A stretch of DNA of 64,000 bases from assembly GCF_964204645.1 (NCBI RefSeq), contig NC_134027.1:11254485-11318484 (forward strand). The letters are read 5' to 3'. The position numbers and the translations under genes are program-made. The stretch comes from Tubulanus polymorphus. Its lineage: Eukaryota; Animalia; Nemertea. The notes under the pieces are model-generated. The model ran no database searches. It saw only the letters and a program-made list of their open reading frames with translations, and was not told where the DNA came from. Shown piece by piece: positions 25,801-38,200 of this stretch (within the stretch, counting starts at the first letter, position 1; each line of letters starts with the position of its first letter).

Positions 25801-27523
25801 GACGCTTTGATCGCCACTGAATGAGTCGTCTCGGCATCAAACATTCTCAAAGGCGGCATCACGAAGTCTCGGTAAAATTTCTCATTGCCGCTGTGTATAT
25901 TGTACGCGGAAAAAATACCGAAGCCTCCGACGATCACCATCGCGCCGCGTGTAAGTTTGAACTGAAAAAAAAAACACGAAAATAATTTTTTAAAGGCAGT
26001 GGATATATTGCCGATACAGCATTATTCCTGATAACGGCAACAGCTCGTTCTGGATTAGTCAGTAACCTGTCTGAGGTTTAGTTTCACAATCGGATATTTT
26101 CACAAACCACATATAAATGGTATAAGCCCATCCGATTATAAAAAGCTTACCACCAACGATTAGGTAACTAACTAGTTCTGGATGATCTAAGCTACAGTTC
26201 ACCCTAGTCAGTAACCTGTCTGTGGTTTAGTTTCACAATCGGATATTTTCACAAACCACAGTCAGGAATGGGAAGGTCATTTTTGTATGAAATCTTCGTC
26301 AGCCAATTTGACTGACGAGTAATTTGCCTGGCATTTCATTGTCTCTTAAGATATCCGTCTATTTTTTGTTGTAATCGAGGCACAACAGATTCGTAGTTTG
26401 TCTGATACCTATAACACCTCACCTGATGATCTTAATCCATGTGCAAATCGGCCGTAAAGTGAGAGTAAATTTCCGTCGGGTCAACAGCTGCCATTTTGAA
26501 AATTACTGGAGGTGCTGGCACCTGTGGACTGAGGCCAGGACAACAGCACAAACTAACGAAGCGAAACGACGAAATTGAAAAAAATTAAGAAATCAACACT
26601 TATTCACATTTTTCTTTTACCAGAATTTATTATTTCATTATTTATTATGAAAAACCTGAAGATTTGAAATATAAGTTGGAAAACCATCAAAAATAAAAAT
26701 TGTCGTTTCGTCTTGGAAGTTTTATATAAATCCTTGTAGGTCCCCTTGTCTTATCATGCCACATGTGCAATACAGAGAAATGGCGGCCAATGGCGAAATT
26801 TGTGGAGAAATTAATTAATTTCTCAAAATAATGTTGATTAATCACTCGAAACATACATAAAATTGGATTATTTCGAAAGGTACCTGTGTTAGTTTGTGAT
26901 TTAAGCCATTAATTGTGGACTGAAGTGAATAGAAAGTATATTTTTGAAGTGTTACTTTTTTCAACCGTGTTTTGGTCCTTGTCATCCCTAACGTTGGTAT
27001 AAGCCCATCCGATTATAAAAAGCTTACCACCAACGATTAGGTAACTAACTACAGTTCACCCCCAAACTTCAAATACGGACCCCTCTGCTGACGAGTGACG
27101 AGTGAGCACAGCAGCGCTGTGCCTAGTTAGTTACCTAATCGTTGGTGGTAAGCTTTTTATAATCGGATGGGCATACCATTTATATGTGGTTTGTGAAAAT
27201 ATCCGATTGTGAAACTAAACCACAGTCAGGTTACTGACTAGGCCCTACAGTAGTCAGTAACCTGTCTGTGGTTTAGTTTCACGATCGGATATTTTCACAA
27301 ACCACATATAAATGGTATGCCCATCCGATTATAAAAAGCTTACCACCTTGAACTTGAACTTGAACTTTAATTTTATTGCTCCATATAATACACAAGTTAC
27401 ATAGGAAATGACATGACCACCCAACGATTAGGTAACTAACTATGACTACAGTTGACCATGCTTTCTCTGTAGACATATACCGGTACCGGGTATTAGCAAA
27501 CTTACCAAACCGTCTCGTGCCAT
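16896..27523 (-). CDS. DHODH: Dihydroorotate dehydrogenase (quinone), mitochondrial, 9 coding exons
   Basis: Minus-strand exons: 27506-27523 (MARDGL, donor GTAAGT), 25752-25961, 24845-25044 ([34 protein letters not shown]), 21525-21601 (RYGFNSDG), 20639-20823 ([21 protein letters not shown] with catalytic Ser), 20148-20267 (KIAPDL), 19176-19329 (SNTT, GGLSG), 18510-18669 ([14 protein letters not shown]) and 16896-16950 (VGADHKK*). The first exon is the least certain. Confidence 0.93.
22554..23468 (+). CDS. Intronless class A (rhodopsin-like) 7TM GPCR, FMRFamide/peptide-receptor-like orphan, nested antisense in DHODH intron 3
   Basis: 304-aa ORF with seven hydrophobic segments: TM1 GFTGN, TM2 LAIFD, TM3 C...[19 protein letters not shown] (ERM at the DRY position), TM5 LPF, TM6 TTFP, TM7 NYSLNLYIY. 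Confidence 0.85.
   Translation: MDLFRNATIPTNVYLVFVRSGTALNGVYSWFYVPFSSICFVLGFTGNPLIIILMLQRKLRKRSFSRMFVQLAIFDSMVLCIYLIKFLNSVSYLLFNRLLIEPSTRNQCMLFEYFTVLCLTVSPWTLVLVSVERMSVVCFPFRGPRFWTPNIASRLCLSIVCVGAMIYSYLFATVNVSDGGCISEEPIPIFRIIFISILPFCFLAILSSITSVALFKRKKNFNNSRAYKDSNQVNLLILLLCIFFMVTTFPACIYSPIFRIHSEIKGTMMPFLSDILMVNYSLNLYIYLMTGKDIRNVCRNLISK
26056..27442. mobile_element. Cluster of four ~119-bp MITE copies with nested insertions in DHODH intron 1
   Basis: Unit TAGTCAGTAACCTGTC...TAGGTAACTAACTA at 26056-26174 (TSD GTTCTGGAT), 26205-27051 (TSD CAGTTCACCC, split by a ~735-bp insert), 27124-27240 (inverted) and 27251-27442 (split by a (TTGAAC)3-tailed insert). Confidence 0.85.
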
Positions 27524-27717
27524 ATTTCCTTTGAGTTATAATAAACGATGAGATCAAAGAGTTATTGAATCATGAGTGTCGAGGTGTTTTACGCGTGAAA
27601 CACTTCTACCAGAGAGGAGTTGACAGTTTTGTTATAGCTTCGTCGAAACAATTTTGTTATATTCCTATGCAGCTGTGTCTTATTGAAGTTACACAGCAAA
27701 AAAAGAATGATCGAAGG
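27524..27717. promoter_or_regulatory. Putative bidirectional promoter/5'UTRs shared by DHODH and MUL1
   Basis: The divergent ATGs (27523 on -, 27718 on +) are only ~195 bp apart. No individual promoter element was identified. Confidence 0.55.
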
Positions 27718-30700
27718 ATGATTCCATTAGAATTGCTTACATTCGGCGCCAATGCCGCTATTTTAGCCATTTTTTACCGTGGATACAAGAAGACAAAGAA
27801 GTACATCACTGCAGTCGAGGTACCGGGTATACGCTTTACCACTGGATTTTTGTCACAGACACAAATTAGGCCTATTTCTATTTGGATAGTGTTGAATCAT
27901 AAATCTGTACCGGTATCATTGACCAACCCCAGTATTTCTGTTGTTAGTGATACTACATCCTTGTTTGCCAGGGTTTGATAATCACATGCTGATTACAAAC
28001 CCTGGCTGCAAACCCTTTATTTATTGCCCACAATTTCTTGGGGGGCAGTCTAGGCCCTATATATATCAGCCAATTAGACGCGTTGTTTTTCATCGGCAGA
28101 TTCACTACGCATGATCCCCGTCGCATGTGATTGGCTTCACCAAGAACCTAAGTGTCTGATGTACCACAGACACTAAGACACGAACGACATTTTCTCGATA
28201 CTCTTAGATCACTGTGACTTTAAACCACCAGAAATGCAGTTTCACCAAATCGATTGTGAAAAATAAACTATCATTACAAACCTCACATATTCAGTTTTCT
28301 TATTATTATGTTCATTCGGAGGTTCCTTCATCATACTCCGTGCTTGATGCCATATAAATACAGAAATAGCAAAAATGACACCATTTTTTCACTTTGAAAC
28401 TAGGCATTGTAACACTGTAGTTTGTTAGCAACAAGACACTTGAGCGATGCGTGTCTCATCGCTAATCAGCGCATCATTTTTGTATCTTAAATTTAATTGC
28501 ACTAAAATCAGATTTATCGTCAAAATGATATAATGAACAAACGTAAGACATCATAAGGTTAGTGTAGATAGTTTATTTATCAGAATCGGTTGTTTATTTG
28601 CTGAGATATCGCAGTTTGAACACAGGCAAAAATGCCGACAGTCGTTGTGTCGGCAAAAGTCACGCGAATTTGAATGAACGTGTCTGGGTGGGTGGTTACA
28701 CAGGATCGTAGAGCAACGTAGATACATTGTGGAGACAGCCACACTGCCCGGACTGGGTGAAGTGATTGGCTTGATATGTAGAGTGATGGCCGCTGACAAC
28801 CTGTTCACCCAACAAAATCGTGGGCTCAATGTCATAGACCAATGAAGGGTTTTGTTAGTTGTCGAATAAACACTATAATGCGTGTATACTGTAGATAAAT
28901 GAAGAAATCCCACACTTCGAATTTTAAAATTATACGATCAAATTTATTATAATGAAACCACAACGTTTCGGCTGTTGACTAACAGCCATCATCAGGTGGA
29001 ATGACCAGAAAGGTTTTGTGTTGGTACACTGAGTACAGTGTCAGATGTAGGCCTATTCTAAGTACTGGTGCATGTATCTATCATGTATCTATAGAGTAAT
29101 GAAGAGTGATTCTAGTTGCTAGTCGCTTTAATCTATGTAGATTAGATCAAAATCCGGATTTAACAAATCAGGATCAAGCGAGTTTGACCTAATCAGTGCT
29201 GAATAGCTTTGATAATTGGACGGGCTACACCAGAAGAAAATATGCGATTTTAACAACAGTTTCTGGTTAGGGAGCATTCACAAATTACGTACCTCAACAT
29301 CTCCCGTTTTTCTGACTCCCCCTTGCACCACCTTTGTACCAAATGCACTGACCCCCTCTTAGCTACGTACCATGACACCCATGACCACCCCCCTCCCCCC
29401 AATTATATTGATACCAAGCACACATAGAACAAAAGTCGGATAAGAAGACACAACAAAAGAATTAAGCAAGTATTGTTGTTTATTGATTTTATATACCAGG
29501 CACTAAAAGCCGTGATAAAACAACTGTGGTATCGGCTATTTTCATTTGAGTTTGGTGCATATAGTACCTACCAAGATTGATTAATACCCCCCCTCCCTCA
29601 AAGTACATAACTTTTTTGCTGACCAGTTGTTTGGGAAAGAGGGCTAGATACTAGACGTATGTATGCCTAGAAAAATAGATGCCTTAGAATATCTATTTTC
29701 TAAAATTAACTTTCTGAATTACAGAATGCGCCTGATATTGAAGTCGGAGAAGATCTCAAAGCAAAATTGCTACAGGATGGCGTGATGCCTTACGTGTGTT
29801 TGAGTGGTTTGGTCACACCGAGCGAAAAAGCATTACAAAGTCAATTCTGTGATGATTTTACTGGGGTCATTCAACAGTTGACAGTGAAAGAATTTCGCAC
29901 TCGTAGGCAAAGAGGATTCTGGTAGGATAAACCTTTTATGATTAACCCACGGGGCCTGACTAAACTTGATTTTAGTACCCTCACCGCAAATAATGCAGAT
30001 TAGTTACTTCCAGTTTCTGTGTATAGTTCCCACTTATTACAGATCATGGGCCCTCTATAGGACTAATGAAATTAAAACCTGTTGAGAAATCGCGATTACA
30101 AATCATATTGTATATGCATTTTGAGTCTGCTGTTATTTTGAGAACTTTGTGTTTGACTTGTTAAACTCAGCTTTCTCCATATTCTAGAATTTAAAAGGGC
30201 CTGCATTAATTGTTAAGAGTAGGACATGTGGCTGCTGAAGTACTGGTAGCAAGGCTTTCGATCACCCAAAAAACAGAAAATTTAAGCTTGATTTTTGTGT
30301 AATCTTCGATTTGCCACACAAGCTTAATATACTTGGAAGCAATTATCAGCATGGATAGAATATTGACATCCACTCGGGTAGGGACAGCAGATATTTCATA
30401 CGGGATGGCTGATTTTCAGAGGGGTGGATGTAAAAATGAAATGGGTGGCTGCCCCTATAAGAACTGTTGTGGATAAAACTGATACTGTGCTTAATCTGGA
30501 TCTGTTTTATCCACATAGTTCATATTTGAAAAGGCACATATATCCGTAGTCTAAAAACTTTGTACAGTTCTGATAAAAAACCATTGTACTGGTGTAATCA
30601 AAGGTATGATTTGATCTGAATTTCTCAAAATAGGTTGTTTCATACCATCATTTGTTTGGAAACAAACTAAAACTAGTAAAGTTAATTCTGTATTGAATCA

Positions 30701-31560
30701 AAATTTAACCAACGTGGAACTGTTGGGTGCTGCCTACAATATCCTCAATACACTGGTATCTAAAAACTCTTTTGTTTGAAAAACCTTTTGTTCGTTTACT
30801 TGTAATAATTTTTCGGCCTGTTTTTAATTTCAGGAGTGACTCGTCGAGGGTTTTAAAAGATATCGTTAATTGCATACCGTTCGCGTTACGGAGTATGCGA
30901 CCGGCAGACGACACGTTAGTACACGTCGCTGAACCTACCAAATCGAATACGCTCATGAATAATCTAACGGCGACGCACGATCACTTCAAACCAGCGGCGA
31001 CTGGCTGGATCGAGCGAAGTCTCGAACGAATCGCCGGCGAAGTGACTAAAGGATTCAATGAATCGGAACATATGTTGCTCGTCGATTCGAAACTGATCGC
31101 CATCGGCGAAGTGACGTTACGAAACGGCGGCGTCATCACCATGCGTCCGCCCGAGTTGAACGATTTACCATACATTCTAGGACGCTTTTCCAAGGAGGAT
31201 ATCCTGAAGAAATTGGAAAATCGGTCGTTCGTATATAGAGTCTGCACGGGTATATTTACAGTGACGGCGATCGCGATATTGTATATATACTTTAAGAAAC
31301 TGTACACCACGTGGATGGACGAACGCACCGACGAGAACTTATTATCAGAGGTTCAACGTCTACGTCGCGAGCATTACGAAGATACCGATGGTCAGTTACA
31401 GCATTGTATTATATGTCTGACTAATCGTCGCGATGTTGTGTTATTGGATTGCGGACATATTTGTACCTGTGCCGAATGCGCTGTCATGCTACCCGCACCC
31501 AGAAGATGTCCGATATGTCGTACTGATATAAGGGAAGTGATACCTGTCTATACACCATAG
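27718..31560 (+). CDS. MUL1: Mitochondrial E3 ubiquitin/SUMO ligase MUL1 (MAPL/GIDE): TM1-GIDE domain-TM2-RING
   Basis: Exons 27718-27819 (MIPLELLTFGANAAILAIFYRGY..., TM1), 29725-29921 (PYVCLSGLV...LQSQF...GVIQQLTVKE) and 30834-31560 (KGFNESEHML, TM2, C3HC4 RING CIICLTNRRDVVLLDCGHICTCAEC...CPICR). Confidence 0.88.
28958..28999 (-). ncRNA. Minimal type I hammerhead ribozyme (Penelope-associated type) in MUL1 intron 1
   Basis: The minus strand reads CCAC-CUGAUGA-U-GGCUGUU-AGUC-AACAGCC-GAAA-CG-UU-GUGG: stem I CCAC/GUGG, complete catalytic core, 7-bp stem II and palindromic ACGU stem III, with AATAAA shortly downstream. Confidence 0.75.
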
Positions 31561-32242
31561 AATAATACTCATATGTAATTATTTATCATATATGTATAGT
31601 AAAGTTTTAGTAGTAAAGTTTTATTTTTCTAGTAGCTCTGACTTTTTGACTTGTCATTTTATTTTGGAAGCTATATCAAGGTGATTATAAAATCGAGCTC
31701 AGGCCAATCTGGTTCAATTGTTTTGATTACTTAGGCTTTTTTTTGGATTGAATTCATTTTGAGACTAATGTCTATTTCAATTTCGATTGAGAGGACATAT
31801 ATGTATGTACCAAAACTGACTGAGCTAAGCTAACCGATGATCGGGTGGCCTGATGCCTTCTCAAGTCATGTTGAAATGGCATAGTGTGGAACATAAGTTG
31901 AACTTTTACCTAGAAACTTAATGTCTGATGTTCAACTGACTGGTAGGAACACTAGGATCATAGAGCGATAGAGATCACTGTGGATGACTATGAGGGCACC
32001 GCAGACAATTATGACTTTTTGTTACATTATGAAAATGATTCCCTACTTTAATGCGCACAAAGCTTTTAGTGCAACCTTCAATGCAAAAATGATATTTGTA
32101 TCGATAGCATAGGCAACGAAGAGGGAGAATGAAAATTAAGCAGAGGGTTCATTACGCACGGTAGATTTTGGAGCATTCCCGATATTGTAACTCCGATAAT
32201 GAGACGTCGGTTGGGATATCATCGGAGCAGTCCGTATTCAAG

Positions 32243-35200
32243 ATGGCCGTCAATTTAGATGGAGTTCTCGATCAAACGCTACAAGAAACGATCAAATCCA
32301 GTCGGATTTTAGTCGTCGGAGCTGGTGGAATCGGTTGTGAATTGTTGAAGAATCTCGTGCTTACCGGATTCAATGATATAGAATTGGTTAGTGCGCGAAA
32401 TTCACCTCGCAATCCCTGTCAATCGCATTGAAAACAAAGCCGGCTTTATTTGAATCGGGTGTCCATCCAATTCAAATCAAATCTATATAGTGTCTACACT
32501 GCGGTGTATCTTTGTTTGTTTTTGTTGGTGTTGTTTTAGTTTGCATTGTTTGGATCTTGCTTTCCCAAGACTCAACCTGGTAAAAGTGCAGATCTGCACC
32601 TCTCCGTGTAAACGGTTCAATCAATTACATTAAATATCATTGTTTCAGATTCAAAATGTCATCAGCAATTCATACATTGCCATTGGTTAATTTTAATATA
32701 TCTTCACTAGAAAGATTTAGCCTGGATACTGTCATTCAGTAGATTGCATCAATCACGAGAGGTGCGGATCTGCACTTTTACCCTAAACCTATTTGATTAT
32801 TCATTTAACCCAACTTTGGGATGGCTTAAGTTTGATGTGTTGCCCGCACAGGCTACTACAAAGCCAAGCATTAGTTAGTACTAAAGCCTATTTATTTTTG
32901 ATTGTCCACGATCTTTTTGGGGTATTTCGCTTAATTTTGGGTGTGCATACCTCAAATAGGTCTTACGTAGGCCTACGTATAAATTGGTGTGTGAGGAATT
33001 GTAAGCCCCAGTTGACCTACAACTTAATGTCCTTCAATATTGAGCGATTTTTTTCATGCAATACATGGACATTTATTTTCTCCACTTTAGATTGATCTTG
33101 ATACAATCGATGTTTCCAATCTCAACAGACAGTTTCTGTTTCGGAAGGAACATGTTGGAAAATCAAAGGCAAAGGTAGGCTTATCATAATAACCATAATA
33201 TTCACAATAAGGCATTGTGTAATGAAAAAAATAATGTTAAGTCAGAATACTCAGTATTCTTGAAGATGACTATAGAATATTGTCAAAAGGGTATCCACTG
33301 CTAAAGAGAAGCTGGTTCGCTTGATGATAACTTACTGAAAATGAAATGATTAAATGATATGGATCCGTGGTTTCACATCGACTTAGTAGTTTTCCTTCTA
33401 AAAGTCCAAGGTCTAGAAAACTAGAAGGCAGGGTTCAAAAGAAAAGGAGGCTTTCTGAAATGATACATCCGAAAAGATGCGACTTCCATGATTATGGTGT
33501 AGAATTTGCAGGTTGTTGGGCCTAAAAAACCCAGCCCCCTAAATCTGCCTCTGAAGGGTGAGAAAGAGTTAAACCTGTAACGGTCAGTGGCAGTGGTTTG
33601 ACACTCGTTTTAGGGAGGAAAAGAATCCTGGCCTGATTCATTGGATTCAAAGGGGACAGAAAGCTTTCTCATTGAATTCTATATAATGGCAATAACCCAT
33701 CCAGAAGATTCAGCAGTGGTTCCTTATGTTTTCCTTATATGCTTCGATGTAAAAACGGTTTGGTTTTATTCTGCATTAAGGTTGCCCGTGAAAGCGCCCT
33801 GAAGTTTAACCCACATGTGAACATCAAAGCAATCCATGATAGCATCATAAGGTAAGGGCAATCGTTGAGTACTTCGGCATGTACACGAATTGAATCCTCT
33901 ATTCAATATTCGTTGATATTTCAGCCCAGATTATGGCCGGGACTATTTCCGAAAATTTGAAGTGGTGATGAATGCTTTAGACAATAAAGGTTAGATAATC
34001 ATATAAGTCTTACCAGGTAGTTCTATTATTTCTAATGGATCATATTTTAATTCAACGATTTTAATTCATATTTCAGCCGCTCGGAATCATGTTAATAGAA
34101 TGTGCTTGGCTGCCAATGTGCCCCTGATAGAAAGCGGTTCTGGTGGATACCTCGGTCAGGTTACTGTGATAAAAAAGGTAGCGCCATTGATAAGTTTGAA
34201 ACCCACTGTATACAGAAATTATAAGATTAACCCTTTCAGTGCTGACTAATTGCTATGCTATGCCTATAGTGCTGGAGATAATTTGAAGATTTTGAAAAAT
34301 CCCACCAGTATGTTGAATAACGGGAATACCACTATAATGCATCTACACCGTGGTGCGGTGTATCGTTAGTTACTAATATTCAACTGTTTGCTGTGCTGCC
34401 ATCTTTCAGTAGAGATAATTTCAAAAACTAATTGTTGATTACATCAATACACTGCAGTCCGGTGTATTAGCAAAATCCATCCATCACTGATTCATTAACT
34501 GCAATGCAGTGAAGACGGACTGAAAGGGTTAAGAACATATTTCATTTATCAAAAATTTATATCAAAAGACACAACGTTACAGACTCTCTCTCTAGAGACC
34601 ATTGTCAGGTAGCACAACTGCTTTGATTTTAGTGTTATGATTGAATAAATGTGGTGATATAAATGTGATGTTAATTATAAGGATGATAATTATATCATCA
34701 TAATTATGTCATCCTCTCGAGGCAATGAAATAAAATTCCTATGATGGTGTATTCACGTTTGATATCGTGATTACAGGGTGTTACCGAGTGTTATGAATGT
34801 CAGCCAAAAGCGGCACAGAAAACGTACCCCGGTTGTACGATAAGGAACACACCATCCGAACCGATACATTGTATAGTGTGGGCGAAGCATTTATTCAAGT
34901 AAGTTTCTAATCGACTTAAGAAGGAAGTGATTTAGCTCATAGCTCAAATAACATAATGGTTATTTGGAATACTACATGTAACACGGAACAGGGAAATGGG
35001 GAAAAACTGAAATGATAATTCCCCGTTTGGAAATATTTGGGAATTAGAAAAATTTTCCATATATTTCGGAAATTGATTTACATTCCATGTTTTGCATTTG
35101 CCAAGTACAATTTTCATCAGCAATTTCCTCAGAGAATCACCTTAATCAACCAGTCGCCACTAAAATGTTGACTAGCAGGATGATGCTGTGTGTTCATTTC

Positions 35201-38200
35201 CATTTGGGAAAATTGAAAAATCACCCATGAAATACTTAAGAACCTGGGACTGTTTAATTCATATAACTGTGGGAACCATAATACTAAAGTAACTAGAAAT
35301 ATTACATTTTTGACGGACGAAGGAAATATTTCTAGTATTTTGAATAAACTTATTAGTCATTCAACAATTTTTTGAAAAAAAGTTTGGTGATTCGAATGGT
35401 TCATTGATTAAACTCTTGATTTCAACAGTCAATTATTCGGCGAGTCTGATCCGGACGAGGACGTATCTCCAGACGCGGCGGATCCCGAGTTGGTCGCGAA
35501 CGCCGGTCAAGCGGCGCTGCAGTCGGAATCGAGAGACGACGGAAACGTCGACCGAGTGTCCACGCGGGCCTGGGCTGCCGGCACCGGGTACAACGCCTGC
35601 AAAATATTTAATAAGGTATTACGAGAAATCGTGATGAATGGAATTAATTCAATTTGTGAGAAATCCAAATCAAATATTCTATTTTACACGACACTTTTAT
35701 TATTCACGTAAAATTTTTTTTTGTTGGAGATCAAACATCTCCGCACTAAGCTTGTGTGAACGTATAGAGAAAGGCTCATGTATAACTGGTTCATAGTTAG
35801 CATGTTAGTTCCCCGATACAATAATACATGCGGTATTTGCAATCCTTCTCTTTACAGTTATTCAAAGATGATATCAAATATTTATTGTCGATGGAGAAAT
35901 TATGGGAAAAGCGACGAAAGCCGGTACCGCTCGACTGGGACCATTTAGACGATCTAGGTATGTTAATAAATCACCCAAAAATTTTTGTACGGATTTGTAC
36001 CCGGACACTTAGCGTACATAAGTTAGGAGGTTGTCGTATTAATAGTGTGGTAGGCGTAATACAACTAGGACCATCTATACCGGGATTGTCAAAATCAAAA
36101 TTTCATGAGATATTGAACTTATATCCATCTATCCGTTAATTTCAAGGGGAAAGTTCTGCCGTCATGCAAGAGGGATTGAAAGACCAGAAACTATGGTCGA
36201 TAAGCGAATGTAGAGACCATTTCCAAGAGAGCGTCAAGAACTTGCGAAACGCGTTAACGAAACAGGGTGAAAATGGCATGCTCGTCTGGGACAAGGTAAA
36301 TATGAGCGGATTTATCTTTTCGCGCCGGGTATCGAAACGTTTGTTTTACCGGATATGCTAATTTCCTAGTGGTATCGATTTGTTTAGGATGATGAGCCCG
36401 CGATGGACTTCGTTACTGCCGCAGCCAACATTCGAGCTCATATATTCGGCATTCCAACAAAGACGAGATTCGATATAAAATGTAAGCGAGCTTTTCGGTT
36501 TCTTCGGAAATGAGGTCTGTGTAAGCGATTGTTGGAGTCATCGGTTTTGATTTAGCCATGTTTTGATTCAAACCTGTTTGATGGCCGCGGATTTGTCAGT
36601 TCGTAAAGGCCTATTCGTATATCCAGAGATGTTTTAAGTCAGTTATATTGAACCAGAGTTCATTGGTTTTCAGGAGGGGTGGATCCCGGGGGACTTGTGA
36701 GACTTGTACAAGTCCATCAAATATATTGAGTGCCCTTTTCTATTTTTTGTTAACATAGATTATTGGGCATTTCGGTGTAGTAGTGCCCCCAATATTGCCT
36801 TTTTGGAATTCATAGTGCCCTTTTTGGAATTGATAAGTTCCTCAAAATTGGTCTCTAGATCCAACCCTTGTGTTATCCCATGGAGCCACGTTATGGTTGC
36901 ATGTATCCATATGGTGTGGGGTTCAGGGTTGGTGGGCATGGTTTACTTTATTTGACATCAGCTACAAATTTTCTGTTGTGTGGAAACTTTGTTTCCGGTC
37001 CTTAACGGGATATGTACATAGAGATTCTGGATTCTATTTGCAGCGATGGCTGGTAACATAATTCCTGCTATAGCCACGACCAATGCCATAGTCGCCGGAC
37101 TCATAGTATTAGAAGGAATCAAAGTATTGAAAGGACAAATAGATAGATGTAAAACGGTATGTATTGCTCGTGAAATTAGCGTACTGGACCCAGTTCTGTG
37201 GTCAGTTCTATAGTTCTAGGTTGCCACACTAGACCGAGTGTGCAGGTTTGCCATTCGAAAACTTGTGGCACCAATTAGATTGCTCGTATGATCGTTGAGG
37301 CAAATGTCACGAATAAACTATAGACAGAAAAACCTGGGCTAAGATAAAAAGGGATTTCCGATTGGCTAATAATGAGATCCTCTCAGCTGAGCAAGTAGCT
37401 GAGCACTCAGACTAATCAGTCAGGGTTTCAAATCATGGCAAGTCTCAATGCAGTCAGGTTCGAATCACGAGGAGGATGATTCCTAGCTTAATGGGAGAGC
37501 TGAAAAATCATCTAGCTGTACGGAAAGACAAAATATGATTTATCAGGGTGCCTCAAATGTGGTTTTCACGAATTTTTTTGGCCCTTTTGGCAGATTGGGC
37601 CCTAGCAAGGAGAGCAAATCAAACTGATCAGGAGTGAGCCTGTTAAAACCTGTCTCGGATTCCCCAGTATTTGTTTCTAATATGATGATCGTAATGTATT
37701 TTAGATATACATGACTCGTAAACCGAATCCTCGGAAAAAGGTGCTCATTCCGTGTCAACTAGTGACGCCTAATCCGAAGTGTTACGTTTGCGCCGAGGAA
37801 CCGGAGGTCACCGTGCGGCTCAACATGAAACACTTCACCGTGAAAATGTTCGAAGACCGCATTCTGAAGGGGCAGTTGGGCATGGTGGCTCCGGATGTCG
37901 ATATTAATGGCACGATTTTGATCTCAAGCGAAGAAGGTGAAACTGAAGGTAAGAACTACCGGTACTAATGTAATGCGGGTTCAATCTAGAGCATGGGCCC
38001 GCACCAATCAGACATTCGATATGTTATTTATCATTCTTTCAATTTTTGATTCACTTAAGAAGTCATCTCAGTACGATAACCGCACTCAAACCTGGTGAAC
38101 GGATAATAGGATAAAAACCCACTATGTACAATTAAAAGAATTTGTAATCGAGAATACGACGTTTCGATCTCACACTACAGCGCACTACTGCAAGCTTCAA

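Noticed and set aside
26423-26985. Alternative DHODH first exons (MAAVDP... or [10 protein letters not shown]...)
   Set aside because: Both lie inside the insert that splits MITE copy 2, and the first has an in-frame stop. The exon at 27506-27523 has the better donor and the right phase.
26056-27442. CRISPR-like repeat/spacer appearance
   Set aside because: Eukaryotic intron, 119-bp units in mixed orientation with TSDs, and no cas genes.
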